This document shows, in pieces, positions 18,630 to 27,910 of a stretch of DNA of 55,557 nucleotides (position 1 is the first letter of the stretch; every line of letters starts with the position of its first letter). The position numbers and the translations under genes are program-made. The notes under the pieces were generated by a model that worked only from the letters and a program-made list of their open reading frames with translations, was not told the DNA's origin and searched no databases. The stretch is from an uncultured Oscillospiraceae bacterium (GTDB taxonomy: Bacteria > Bacillota > Clostridia > Acetivibrionales > DTU013): assembly GCA_964596445.1 (NCBI GenBank), contig CAZQUQ010000001.1, positions 3,357-58,913 of the forward strand. The letters run 5' to 3'.

Positions 18630-18752
18630 ATTCCACCGCCAAATAAAATAATAGTTGTACGGGTCATAATACAAGTATACAATAAAAAACCATTTATGGA
18701 CAACATTTATAACGATCGTATATGTGAAACATTCCGACAGATTTGACATAAG

Positions 18753-19178
18753 ATGAATTATACTGATCGAAACGGTGGTATGATGGAAAATTCATTAAAT
18801 ATAGAAAAACTGACCAACGGACTTGTCACGCTCCAGCAGGTAAAGCAGCTGTATAAAAAGGACAAAAGGTCCTCAGACGACGGATCGGACAGATACATCC
18901 AGCCCGACAGGCTGTCTCTTATGCGGGATATCCTCACAACGATAACCGATTTTGTCCCGCAGACAAGAAGCAATACATTCAGCAACGCCTTTGAACAGGG
19001 TATCCGTTTCAGCAGCGCATACAGAGAGCTGAAGCGTCATGTGGGCAGCATGAACAGGAACGCTCCAGCACAGGAGGACATGTTCCGGACACTGAAGCTG
19101 TTTTTGCCGGTGCTCGATATGAGGCAAAAGGTGTATATGGATAAAGTCGTAAAAATAATCGATATCCTCATGTCATAA
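18753..19178 (+). CDS. hypothetical protein (about 130-140 aa), no family recognised
   Basis: Clean ORF with ordinary composition, transcribed divergently from the two-component genes. The true start may be the ATG pair at 18780/18783 just after GGTGG. Confidence 0.5.
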   Translation: MNYTDRNGGMMENSLNIEKLTNGLVTLQQVKQLYKKDKRSSDDGSDRYIQPDRLSLMRDILTTITDFVPQTRSNTFSNAFEQGIRFSSAYRELKRHVGSMNRNAPAQEDMFRTLKLFLPVLDMRQKVYMDKVVKIIDILMS

Positions 19179-19342
19179 CTGCGGCCCGTCCGGCGTTTCT
19201 TTCCCGGCATGGCATGCATGCACCGCGATACTTGTCATGCCCTGTTCGGAGCCTGCCTCTTGACTCATCCCGATATTTTGAAGGATAATACCTGTATCAG
19301 ATCAAGCATGTATGATTTACTTATAGGTGAGGAGATACAGAA

Positions 19343-20074
19343 TTGGTTGTCAGAGGCCGCATACATTCATATGAAAGTTTCGGAACGCTGGATGGACCGG
19401 GTATACGGTTTGTCGTGTTCATGCAGGGCTGTCCTCTTCGATGCTTGTACTGCCACAACCGGGACACATGGGATATGAACGGCGGCAGTCTCCGCACCGT
19501 CGATGAAGTGATGCAGGATGTACTCAAATACAAAAGCTTTTTTGACTTTTCCGGCGGCGGCATCACAGTATCGGGGGGTGAGCCTCTGCTGCAGCCCGAG
19601 TTCGTTTCAGCGCTGTTTGAAAGGTGCAGGGCGGAAGGCATACATACATCGCTTGACACAAGCGGCTTCACCGGCGATGCGGATGAAAATCTGATAAATA
19701 GACTCATCTCTCTGACCGATCTGGTGCTGCTGGATATAAAGCATGCCTGTGACAGCGGACATAAACGTATCACCGGCGTCAGCCGCGACAAGCCTGCCGC
19801 ATTTGGAAAGCTGCTTTCCGAACGGGCAGTCCCCGTATGGATCAGATATGTGCTGGTTCCCGGATATACCGATTCTGCCTGTGATCTTGAAGCCGCGGCC
19901 GCATTTATCAAAACCATGTCAAGTGTTCAAAAGGTCGAAGTCCTTCCCTACCATACGATGGGTTCATATAAATGGACCGATATGGGCTTTGCCTATCCCC
20001 TCGAAGGTGTGCATGCCCCCGATGACGCCGCAGTGGAAAGGGCGATGCGCATACTGCACCCAAGCGTTGACTAA
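19343..20074 (+). CDS. pflA: glycyl-radical enzyme activating protein (pyruvate formate-lyase activase family, radical SAM)
   Basis: TTG start. RGRIHSYESFGTLDGPGIRFVVFMQGCPLRCLYCHNRDTW matches the PflA N-terminus and its CxxxCxxC cluster. Confidence 0.85.
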   Translation: MVVRGRIHSYESFGTLDGPGIRFVVFMQGCPLRCLYCHNRDTWDMNGGSLRTVDEVMQDVLKYKSFFDFSGGGITVSGGEPLLQPEFVSALFERCRAEGIHTSLDTSGFTGDADENLINRLISLTDLVLLDIKHACDSGHKRITGVSRDKPAAFGKLLSERAVPVWIRYVLVPGYTDSACDLEAAAAFIKTMSSVQKVEVLPYHTMGSYKWTDMGFAYPLEGVHAPDDAAVERAMRILHPSVD

Positions 20075-20145
20075 CGCTCAAATGCCTGTTTATCGGCCTG
20101 CTTAACAGGCTGTTCACATCTTTTCATCTTTTTTTTCTTTAATTA

Positions 20146-20175
20146 TTGACATCACATATGATATGTGATTATAAT
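20146..20175 (+). promoter_or_regulatory. promoter with a perfect palindromic operator in the spacer, upstream of the XRE-cupin/potABCD genes
   Basis: TTGACA (20146-20151), 18-nt spacer, TATAAT (20170-20175). Almost the whole spacer is the palindrome TCACATAT-G-ATATGTGA (20152-20168). Confidence 0.6.
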
Positions 20176-20268
20176 AAATTGTTTTTTGTGTTTAGTGATT
20201 CTAAACAAAATGTTTAATAATAAAAACAAGGCAAAAAGTGCTCTGTAACTGGCCTGAAAGGGAAAAAT

Positions 20269-20808
20269 ATGAATATCGGCAACAAAATAAAAATGCTGCG
20301 GATAAAAAACGGTTTGACGCAGGAGGAACTGGCAAACAGGAGTGAGCTGTCAAAGGGCTTTATTTCCCAGATCGAAAGGGATCTCACTTCACCGTCGATA
20401 GCGACTTTAGTCGATATACTTCAGTGCCTGGGCTCAAACCTGAAGGATTTTTTCAATGAGAGCGTAGATGAAAAAATCGTCTTCAGAAAGGATGATATTT
20501 TTATCACGGAAAACAGCGATCTGAAACACGAAGTCAGATGGATAGTGCCCGACTCACAGAAAAACCGCATGGAGCCGATCCTGCTAAGCCTTTCTGAAGG
20601 AGGCTCGTCTGAAGTCGACGACCCGCATGAGGGCGAAGAGTTCGGATATGTGCTGGCAGGAAGCGTATATATCCATCTGGCCGGAAGGAAATACAGGGCA
20701 AAGAAGGACGAAAGCTTTTATTTCAAACCGGGCTGTGTACATTATATATCGAACGCCGGCAAGACAGAGGCGAAGATATTGTGGGTATCTACCCCGCCGA
20801 GCTTTTGA
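20269..20808 (+). CDS. XRE-family HTH regulator with C-terminal cupin domain (PuuR-like architecture)
   Basis: 179 aa. N-terminal LTQEELANRSELSKGFISQIERDLTSPSIATLVDILQCLG. C-terminal cupin GEEFGYVLAGSVYIHL...FYFKPGCVHYISN. Confidence 0.85.
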   Translation: MNIGNKIKMLRIKNGLTQEELANRSELSKGFISQIERDLTSPSIATLVDILQCLGSNLKDFFNESVDEKIVFRKDDIFITENSDLKHEVRWIVPDSQKNRMEPILLSLSEGGSSEVDDPHEGEEFGYVLAGSVYIHLAGRKYRAKKDESFYFKPGCVHYISNAGKTEAKILWVSTPPSF

Positions 20809-20854
20809 TCCGCCGGCAGACAAACAAGCATAAAACACCGAAGGAGCATGCCAT

Positions 20855-21904
20855 ATGTCAAAGCACATTATCGAACTGGTCGATCTGGCAAAAGATTATG
20901 ACGGTACGGAAGCGCTAAAGAGCATAAATCTATATATAAGGCAGAATGAGTTCATAACACTGCTGGGGCCCAGCGGCTGCGGCAAAACGACAACGCTTCG
21001 CCTGATCGGCGGCTTTGAAACGCCGACCTCGGGCAAGGTGCTGTTCGAAGGTGTCGATATCACTCACGTACCGCCATACAAGAGGAAGGTCAATACCGTT
21101 TTCCAGAAATATGCCCTCTTCCCTCATATGAATGTCTATGAGAACATCGCATTCGGGCTCAGGATAAAGAAAACGGACAACGAAATAATCCGCCGGAAGG
21201 TATCCAAAATGCTGGAGATGGTGAATCTGGAAGGATTCGAGAAGCGTTCAGTAGATTCGCTGAGCGGCGGCCAGCAGCAGAGGATAGCGATAGCGCGCGC
21301 GCTGGTCAACGAACCGGAAGTACTGCTTCTGGACGAGCCGTTGGGCGCATTGGACCTGAAGCTCAGAAAAGAAATGCAGCTGGAGCTGAAAAAGATGCAG
21401 CAGCAGCTCGGCATTACGTTCATATATGTTACCCACGATCAGGAAGAAGCACTGACCATGTCAGATACCATAGTGGTCATGCAGAAGGGCACGATACAGC
21501 AGATCGGGACGCCCCAGGACATATATAACGAGCCCAAAAACGCTTTTGTGGCCGACTTCATTGGAGAGAGCAACATAATAGACGGCATAATGCTCGATGA
21601 TTACCGCGTGTGCTTTGCGGACCGTGAATTCGAATGTGTGGATAAGGGCTTCGGCATCAACGAGCATGTGGATGTGGTGGTACGTCCGGAAGATATAAAG
21701 CTGGTACGTGATAATGATTCACTGCTGCAGGGCGTGGTCAAGTCCGTTATTTTCAAAGGCGTACATTATGAGATGCAGGTGTGCGGTATGAACGGCTACA
21801 ACTGGATAGTACACAGCACCTCGATGGAGCCGGTGGATACCAAAGTCGGGCTGAGCATACAGCCCTTCGATATTCAAATAATGAAAAAGGTGCCGACGAC
21901 ATGA
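20855..21904 (+). CDS. potA: spermidine/putrescine ABC transporter ATP-binding protein
   Basis: Walker [10 protein letters not shown], signature LSGGQQQR, Walker B LLLDEP. C-terminal TOBE-like domain. Confidence 0.9.
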   Translation: MSKHIIELVDLAKDYDGTEALKSINLYIRQNEFITLLGPSGCGKTTTLRLIGGFETPTSGKVLFEGVDITHVPPYKRKVNTVFQKYALFPHMNVYENIAFGLRIKKTDNEIIRRKVSKMLEMVNLEGFEKRSVDSLSGGQQQRIAIARALVNEPEVLLLDEPLGALDLKLRKEMQLELKKMQQQLGITFIYVTHDQEEALTMSDTIVVMQKGTIQQIGTPQDIYNEPKNAFVADFIGESNIIDGIMLDDYRVCFADREFECVDKGFGINEHVDVVVRPEDIKLVRDNDSLLQGVVKSVIFKGVHYEMQVCGMNGYNWIVHSTSMEPVDTKVGLSIQPFDIQIMKKVPTT

Positions 21905-22725
21905 AAAAGGGATGGATCTCGTATCCTTATATAATATGGATGTTAATATTCATCGTTGTGCCGCTGATCCTTGTGCTGTACTACAGCCTTACCATCCAGA
22001 AGGACGGATCGGTGGTGTTTTCCCTGGACAATTATGTAAAGGTGATGCAGCCGATATATCTCAAGGTACTGTGGAGGTCGGTCCTCCTTGCTGTCATCAG
22101 CACCGTGATATGTCTGCTTCTCGGCTATCCTGCAGCGATGATACTCTCCTCAAGAGATCTGAGCAGAAAAAGCACGCTTGTGATGCTTTTTGTCATACCC
22201 ATGTGGATGAACTTCCTGCTCAGGACATATGCCTGGATGACGCTGCTTGAGAAAAAGGGAATAATCAACACATTCCTTGGCGCTCTCGGACTCCCGCAGC
22301 TGAACATGCTTTACACCGACGGCGCGGTAATACTCGGCATGGTATATAATTTCCTGCCGTTTATGGTGCTGCCCATATTCTCGGTCCTCAGCAAGATAGA
22401 CAGGAGTCTGATCGAAGCTGCGGAGGATCTGGGTTCGAATTCGCTCACAGTTTTCCTCAAGGTGACGTTCCCGCTCAGCATTCCGGGGGTGGTATCCGGA
22501 ATAACCATGGTATTCATGCCTGCGGTCACTACATTTATAATATCCAAGCTGCTGGGCGGAAGCCAGTATACGCTGATAGGCAACCTTATCGAGGACCAGT
22601 TCATGCGCGTATATGACTGGAACTTTGGTTCTGCGCTGTCGATCATCATGATGCTGCTGATACTGATCAGTATGGGCATAATGTCAAAATACGACAAGGA
22701 AGATGCAGGAGGTGGATTGTTGTGA
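21901..22725 (+). CDS. potB: spermidine/putrescine ABC transporter permease
   Basis: ATG 21901 overlaps the potA stop (ATGA). [15 protein letters not shown]..., multi-TM, EAA loop [28 protein letters not shown]. The longer track ORF from 21781 overlaps potA and is not used. Confidence 0.88.
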   Translation: MKKGWISYPYIIWMLIFIVVPLILVLYYSLTIQKDGSVVFSLDNYVKVMQPIYLKVLWRSVLLAVISTVICLLLGYPAAMILSSRDLSRKSTLVMLFVIPMWMNFLLRTYAWMTLLEKKGIINTFLGALGLPQLNMLYTDGAVILGMVYNFLPFMVLPIFSVLSKIDRSLIEAAEDLGSNSLTVFLKVTFPLSIPGVVSGITMVFMPAVTTFIISKLLGGSQYTLIGNLIEDQFMRVYDWNFGSALSIIMMLLILISMGIMSKYDKEDAGGGLL

Positions 22726-23522
22726 AAAAGACGCTCAGCAGGATCTATCTTATAATACTGTTCGCTTTCCTGTATGCCCCGGTGCTTACACTGATAGTGT
22801 TTTCATTCAACAATTCAAAGTCCAGGGCCAACTGGGACGGCTTCACACTGAAATGGTACGGTCAGCTGTTCCAGGACAAGCAGATCATGTCGTCACTGTA
22901 TTACACGCTGCTTATAGCGCTGCTGTCCTCTCTGATCGCGACAGTGGCCGGTACCGCTGCAGCCGTTGGCATACACGGCATGAAGAAGGTAATGAAATCC
23001 TTCGTGATGAATATAACGTATCTTCCCGTACTGAATCCCGATATAGTGACAGGCATATCCCTCATGATCCTGTTTATATTCATCAAGCTGAATCTTGGCT
23101 TTGTAACGCTCCTGCTGGCCCATATAGCGTTCAATATCCCATATGTGATATTGTCGGTGCTTCCGAAACTGAAGCAGCTCAACAAGCACTTATACGAGGC
23201 GGCTCTAGATCTTGGGGCGGCACCGCTCAAAGCGTTTTTCAAGGTCATACTTCCTGAGATAATGCCGGGTATCATCACAGGCTTCCTGCTGGCATTCACT
23301 CTCTCGGTGGATGACTTTATAATAAGCTTTTTCACAACCGGATCAGGAGTATCGACACTGTCGATCACAATATATTCAATGGCAAGGCGCGGCATCAATC
23401 CGAAGATAAACGCGCTATCGACACTAATGTTCGCAGTTGTGCTCATACTTCTGATCATTATAAACAAACGGTCATCTTCCAACGGCAAGGATGACGCCAT
23501 TAAAATAGGCAGTTTGATCTGA
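22722..23522 (+). CDS. potC: spermidine/putrescine ABC transporter permease
   Basis: GTG start overlapping the potB stop. EAA loop LNKHLYEAALDLGAAPLKAFFKVILPEI. Confidence 0.88.
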   Translation: MKKTLSRIYLIILFAFLYAPVLTLIVFSFNNSKSRANWDGFTLKWYGQLFQDKQIMSSLYYTLLIALLSSLIATVAGTAAAVGIHGMKKVMKSFVMNITYLPVLNPDIVTGISLMILFIFIKLNLGFVTLLLAHIAFNIPYVILSVLPKLKQLNKHLYEAALDLGAAPLKAFFKVILPEIMPGIITGFLLAFTLSVDDFIISFFTTGSGVSTLSITIYSMARRGINPKINALSTLMFAVVLILLIIINKRSSSNGKDDAIKIGSLI

Positions 23523-23560
23523 CCGGAGTTTTTTGGGAATGATATATATTAAAAGGAGAA

Positions 23561-24655
23561 GTGAAAGAGAAAATGAAACAGAAATCAAACAAAATTCTTG
23601 CATTAGCTGCTTTACTGACATGCATCGCACTTGCCCTCACCGCATGCGGAGCGCCCGGGACCGGCGACGGCGGCACACAGGAGGAGAAGGTCACCATCAA
23701 CGTGTTCAACTGGGGCGATTATATAGGTGAAACAACAATAGCAGATTTTGAAGATGCATACCCGAATATAAAGGTAAACTACGAAACCTTCACAACCAAT
23801 GAAGACATGTATGTAAAGATAAAGACCGGCGGATCGGCATATGACGTGGCGATACCTTCCGACTATATGATCAAGCGGATGTTGGATGACGGCCTTCTGA
23901 ACAAAATAAACATGGATAATATCCCGAATTACAAATATATCAGCGACCGATTCAAGAACCTCTCCTTCGATCCGAACAATGAGTACTCGGTCCCGTATAT
24001 GTGGGGAACGGTCGGCATACTGTACAACAAGACGATGGTAACCGACCCTGTTGACAGCTGGGAGATCCTCTGGAATGAAAAGTATAAGAAGCAGATCATA
24101 ATGTCGGACAGCGAAAGGGACAGTATCGGCATTACGCTGAAAATGCTGGGCTATTCGATGAACACTCGCAATATAGACGAACTTGAGCATGCCAAGAGGA
24201 AGCTTATCGAGCAGAAGCCTCTCGTACTGGCGTGGCTTGTCGATGAGGTCAAGGATATGATGATCGGTGAAAGCGCAGCATTGGCAGTCGTTTGGTCCGG
24301 TGACGCATATTACTGCATGTCCGAGAACGAGAATCTGGAGTATGTCATACCAAAGGAGGGAACCAACTACTGGTTCGATTCCATGGTCATACCCAAAACG
24401 AGCAAGCACCAGAAGGAAGCCGAACTTTTTATAAACTTCATGTGCGATCCTGAAGTTGCCTTCAACAATGCCGACTATATCGGATATGCCACACCGCACA
24501 CCGAAGTCATGAAGATGCTCGATCCTGATCTTATAGCTGACCGGAATGCCTACCCTCTGCCGGAGGACCTGATCAATTGCGAAATATTCGAGTATCCTGG
24601 CGATGAGATCAACAGGGAATACAACCGCATCTGGACAGAGGCAAAGGCCGAATAA
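23561..24655 (+). CDS. potD: spermidine/putrescine-binding lipoprotein
   Basis: Lipobox LALTACG, PotD-like body (VFNWGDYI...VAIPSDYM...VPYMWGT). The alternative start ATG 23573 is equally possible. Confidence 0.88.
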   Translation: MKEKMKQKSNKILALAALLTCIALALTACGAPGTGDGGTQEEKVTINVFNWGDYIGETTIADFEDAYPNIKVNYETFTTNEDMYVKIKTGGSAYDVAIPSDYMIKRMLDDGLLNKINMDNIPNYKYISDRFKNLSFDPNNEYSVPYMWGTVGILYNKTMVTDPVDSWEILWNEKYKKQIIMSDSERDSIGITLKMLGYSMNTRNIDELEHAKRKLIEQKPLVLAWLVDEVKDMMIGESAALAVVWSGDAYYCMSENENLEYVIPKEGTNYWFDSMVIPKTSKHQKEAELFINFMCDPEVAFNNADYIGYATPHTEVMKMLDPDLIADRNAYPLPEDLINCEIFEYPGDEINREYNRIWTEAKAE

Positions 24656-24763
24656 GATGCCTTGCACAGGAAATGCTTCTCTTTTCAAACATAGTGAAGT
24701 ATAATAGAGATAGAATTTATCAAGGCATGCCATCGATCCGCATGCCGGGTATCTGGAGAAGCT

Positions 24764-25390
24764 ATGAAGATAGAAAGAATAAGTGAAAATATCATAAGGG
24801 TAACAATAACATACAGAGATCTCGAAGAGAGAAATGTGGACCTGAATGCGTTGAACTACAACACGCCGGCGGCACAGGAGTTCTTCTGGGATCTGATGGA
24901 ACAGGCCGAAGAGCAGCTCGGCTTCAGCCTGGCCGATTCTCAGATAATAATAGAGCCCGTGCCCGATTCAAGCGACGGCTTCGTCATCAATATAACCAAG
25001 CTGGATGAAGACGGTGAGTTTGAATCGATCCATAAATATATCAAAAGCAGGATGAAAAAGAGCGATCTGCGGGTAAAGAAAAAGAGCCGCAGGATATCGT
25101 CGCCTCTTTTGATCTATTCCTTCAGATCTCTGAGCGATATCTCGGAGCTGGCCGGAAAGCTCGATATGCATTACTGCGGAGAAAGCACGCTTTACAAGTG
25201 CAGGGATACCTATTATCTCACCCTTGCAAAGAATGGCCTGCTCTCGTCGGATATGAAGATGTTCGAGCTCATGCTGGCGGAATACGGTACCAAAATAACA
25301 AATATCAACTTTATAGAAGGGTATCTTAACGAATACGGAGAGAAGTTAATAGAGAGCAATGCGCTGGAAGTCCTTCAAAGATTTTACTGA
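24764..25390 (+). CDS. mecA: adaptor protein MecA (ClpC adaptor)
   Basis: 208 aa. MKIERISENIIRVTITYRDLEERNVDLNALNYNTPAAQEFFWDLMEQAEEQLGF is the typical MecA N-domain. Confidence 0.85.
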   Translation: MKIERISENIIRVTITYRDLEERNVDLNALNYNTPAAQEFFWDLMEQAEEQLGFSLADSQIIIEPVPDSSDGFVINITKLDEDGEFESIHKYIKSRMKKSDLRVKKKSRRISSPLLIYSFRSLSDISELAGKLDMHYCGESTLYKCRDTYYLTLAKNGLLSSDMKMFELMLAEYGTKITNINFIEGYLNEYGEKLIESNALEVLQRFY

Positions 25391-25396
25391 ATCAAA

Positions 25397-25540
25397 AAGT
25401 GACATTCCTCAGCCATAAAAGAATACCACATACAGAGGAGTGTCACTTTACCTTGATTAAGTGACATTCCTCAGCCATAAAAGAATACCACATACAGAGG
25501 AGTGTCACTTTACCTTGATTAAGTGACATTCCTCAGCCAT
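25397..25540. repeat. 62-bp unit repeated in tandem 2.3 times, each unit carrying a 14-bp stem hairpin
   Basis: Units start at 25397, 25459 and 25521. Copies 1 and 2 are identical over 62 nt. Copy 3 is identical for 20 nt and stops at the stop codon of the minus-strand gene. Arms AAGTGACATTCCTC / GAGGAGTGTCACTT enclose a 24-nt loop. Confidence 0.9.
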
Positions 25541-26874
25541 CACTTGTTTTTATTCTGATCCCATTGACTGTCAGGCGCGATCTGTACTATTGATGATTCG
25601 GCAGCATATGTATCTGTGCTGATAAGCTCACCGTTCCTGTATACATTTACCGTGAGCCCTTCCTTGCCCGGATCCACAACGACTTGCTCGCCAGGATCAA
25701 GGTCTTCGTTTTGTATGTAGTAGACAGGAGGATCAAATTCCTGCACCGTTTCCCTGGTGATCTCATTCTCATCTGCTCTGTCTTCTCTGCTGCCTGCCAC
25801 TGCAACCGTAAGGACACTTCCCTTTACCGCAGCAAATATTGCCACCATGTCGTCATAGGGATTTACAAATCTGAGATCTCCTGCGTCGGCTGCTATCCAT
25901 GCATCAAGTCCCGGTTCAATATAATCCACCGCCAGTTCATGAGGGATCCTTGCGGTTATGGAATCTTTGGGCAGGCCTGCTTTAAGAAGCGCTGCATAAA
26001 GTGTTGAAGCGACCTGACTGAAACCCTCATCAAAGCTTGGTTCCGATACGGCTGAACGTATGCACCCCACAAACGAGAAGCTGTCCCCTCCGGCAGCATC
26101 TTTCGCCGGAGCCAGCATTATCCCGTTGATGGCATCAGCAGCACTCTTTATGCTCCCGGCTAGTGATCCGTCCTTAATGCTTGTCGAATAATCTCCAAGC
26201 ACGACCTGGATACTGTCAAAATTTTTCATGGTGACGCTTGCATTGATGGTATTTAGAGCTCCTCCGGCATTGAGGTCGACTGTTCCGAAAGGATCGGTCA
26301 GAAGCTGTTTGCGGATGAGCTCCGTCGTATTGTTCACATTGAGAGAGATACCCGGATTATCGGGGATCTTTTCGATGACGCCGTCCTTGTAATATATGGC
26401 GGCATCAGTAGGGTCTGTATTTATTTCTTCAGACAGCTCAAGCAGTTTCATCCTCAGCTTGCTTTCACTAAATTTGACCACAGGATCCAATATAGCGCTG
26501 CTGCGGCCAAAATATGCATTTATCAGACGGGGTATATCGCTCAGACCTTTTATCGATCTGAGCTGTTCTATCGTCATTGCTCCGTCTGCAGCGGCATCGA
26601 TGTCGGTGAAAGGGATCTCATATATTTGATCATTTCTTGCCAGCCGAAGCGCCTGCGTGTCAAATCTGGCTCCATAATCGGCTTCGATCGCCCTGGCAGC
26701 CTCTTCATAGCTTTTTCCGCCGATGCTGAGATCGCCTGCATAGATATCGGCCGGGATCTCTTTCTTCGCTACATTAAAAAGCATAGCGATCCCTGCAGCC
26801 ATCGCCATCAGGCTCTGTACCAGTATGAGCAGAAAAATCAGCAGAGTTTTGCCAGTCTTCTTCACAAATAACAC
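25540..26874 (-). CDS. VanW-like protein with N-terminal TM anchor and C-terminal G5 domain
   Basis: 444 aa. VanW-like core (GFSQVASTLYAALLKAGL...VDYIEPGLDAWIA...DLRFVNPYDDMVAIFAAV). The C-terminal G5-like segment is DLDPGEQVVVDPGKEGLTVNVYRNGELIS. Confidence 0.75.
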   Translation of the reverse strand: MLFVKKTGKTLLIFLLILVQSLMAMAAGIAMLFNVAKKEIPADIYAGDLSIGGKSYEEAARAIEADYGARFDTQALRLARNDQIYEIPFTDIDAAADGAMTIEQLRSIKGLSDIPRLINAYFGRSSAILDPVVKFSESKLRMKLLELSEEINTDPTDAAIYYKDGVIEKIPDNPGISLNVNNTTELIRKQLLTDPFGTVDLNAGGALNTINASVTMKNFDSIQVVLGDYSTSIKDGSLAGSIKSAADAINGIMLAPAKDAAGGDSFSFVGCIRSAVSEPSFDEGFSQVASTLYAALLKAGLPKDSITARIPHELAVDYIEPGLDAWIAADAGDLRFVNPYDDMVAIFAAVKGSVLTVAVAGSREDRADENEITRETVQEFDPPVYYIQNEDLDPGEQVVVDPGKEGLTVNVYRNGELISTDTYAAESSIVQIAPDSQWDQNKNK

Positions 26875-26962
26875 TCCGTAACATTTCTCATTTGTTATCC
26901 GGTATTACCGGTCACTATTAAAAAAGTATAAAGCACTCAGTACTTTATACTTTTTGATTGCC

Positions 26963-27868
26963 TCATGCCCTGTTGTTCATGACCAGTTCAACGAGCTTGC
27001 CCTTTGCCTTGGCTTCATCGATCACAGCATCATCTATCAGCATTCCTTCGCTGATAATTACGTTTCCGTAATTGTCTGTTATCGTCCGCGTAGCATATCT
27101 TCCTTTGAGGTATTGCCTCTGACGCTGTTCAAAAAGCTCCGACGCATTGTCTCTCTGGCTGTCGGTCCGCTGTTCTGCCGGTTCGGTCACTGTGGCATAA
27201 TCAGAAGCCGCAGCGGCTTGATAAGAGGTTTCCGCAGCGTCAGCCGCCGCAGGCGCTTCGAATACATCCTGCGTCATTGGCCGTATATCCTGTTCCTGAT
27301 GATTTTCTTCTATATATGAGTTATTTTTTTTTTCCGGTTCGAAGGATCCCGCATCAAATCCCAGCTGTGCGGGAGTGTCCAGCAGTGAAGCCTCTATGTC
27401 TTCCTTCACGACTGTCAGGTTTTTTCCGAATGTTATTACTGCATCTCTCGGTATCAGCCGGATCTTCTTCTGCGTAATATCGGCTATGAATTCAAGACCG
27501 TTGATCCTGCATCCGTTCTCTTCATCTATATATATATCGCCTATTTCACCTATCAGTCTGCCCTTTTTGGTGAGTACTTTCGTGCCCTTTACCCTTATAT
27601 CGTTCTGAAGGAGTTGTATTGCTGCCGGGATCTTGCTGATATCAGTTATCACATCTTCGTTTTCAATAGTAAGCGCATACTCGCCTATACCTAGCACATC
27701 CTCCGTTGGTATGACTCTGGCGCTGAAGATCTGTATGCCGCTGTCAACGACGATATAGTCTATGGCTCCCCTGTCCGCATTTATGATAATGCTCTTTACG
27801 CGTCCTACCTCCATACCGTCAGAAATACTGATAATAGGCAGTCCAAGTATTTTTTGAGTCTTCTTCAT
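26963..27868 (-). CDS. PRC-barrel domain protein (two PRC barrels, disordered linker, small C-terminal domain)
   Basis: ILGLPIISISDGMEVGRVKSIIINADRGAIDYIVVD and VLTKKGRLIGEIGDIYIDEENGCRINGLEF resemble PRC-barrel/YlmC-type repeats. Confidence 0.7.
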   Translation of the reverse strand: MKKTQKILGLPIISISDGMEVGRVKSIIINADRGAIDYIVVDSGIQIFSARVIPTEDVLGIGEYALTIENEDVITDISKIPAAIQLLQNDIRVKGTKVLTKKGRLIGEIGDIYIDEENGCRINGLEFIADITQKKIRLIPRDAVITFGKNLTVVKEDIEASLLDTPAQLGFDAGSFEPEKKNNSYIEENHQEQDIRPMTQDVFEAPAAADAAETSYQAAAASDYATVTEPAEQRTDSQRDNASELFEQRQRQYLKGRYATRTITDNYGNVIISEGMLIDDAVIDEAKAKGKLVELVMNNRA

Positions 27869-27910
27869 TAAAAATACCCTCCTTCATATCGTAACAGACC
27901 ATATTGCAAA

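Noticed and set aside
18630-18749. N-terminal extensions offered by the ORF track for the response regulator, and likewise for rplA (to 53915), rpmG (to 55470), rplJ (to 52950), potB (from 21781), proB (to 6996), fprA (to 38855) and the TPR protein (to 29185)
   Set aside because: In every case an internal ATG or TTG is preceded by a good GGAGG-type RBS at 5-8 nt and gives the canonical N-terminus of the family. The extensions overlap upstream genes, leaders or promoters and have odd composition.
23612-24733. 373-aa ORF on the minus strand covering the whole of potD
   Set aside because: It is antisense to a clearly recognisable PotD lipoprotein gene. Its composition is unnatural (very rich in I/V/R/H/C/Y), there is no RBS, and I recognise no family. 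It is a shadow ORF of a gene with few reverse-strand stops.
25397-25540. The possibility that the 62-bp repeats are a CRISPR array
   Set aside because: The units abut directly with no unique spacers. There are only 2.3 copies, the unit is about twice the usual repeat length, and no cas genes are present in the window.
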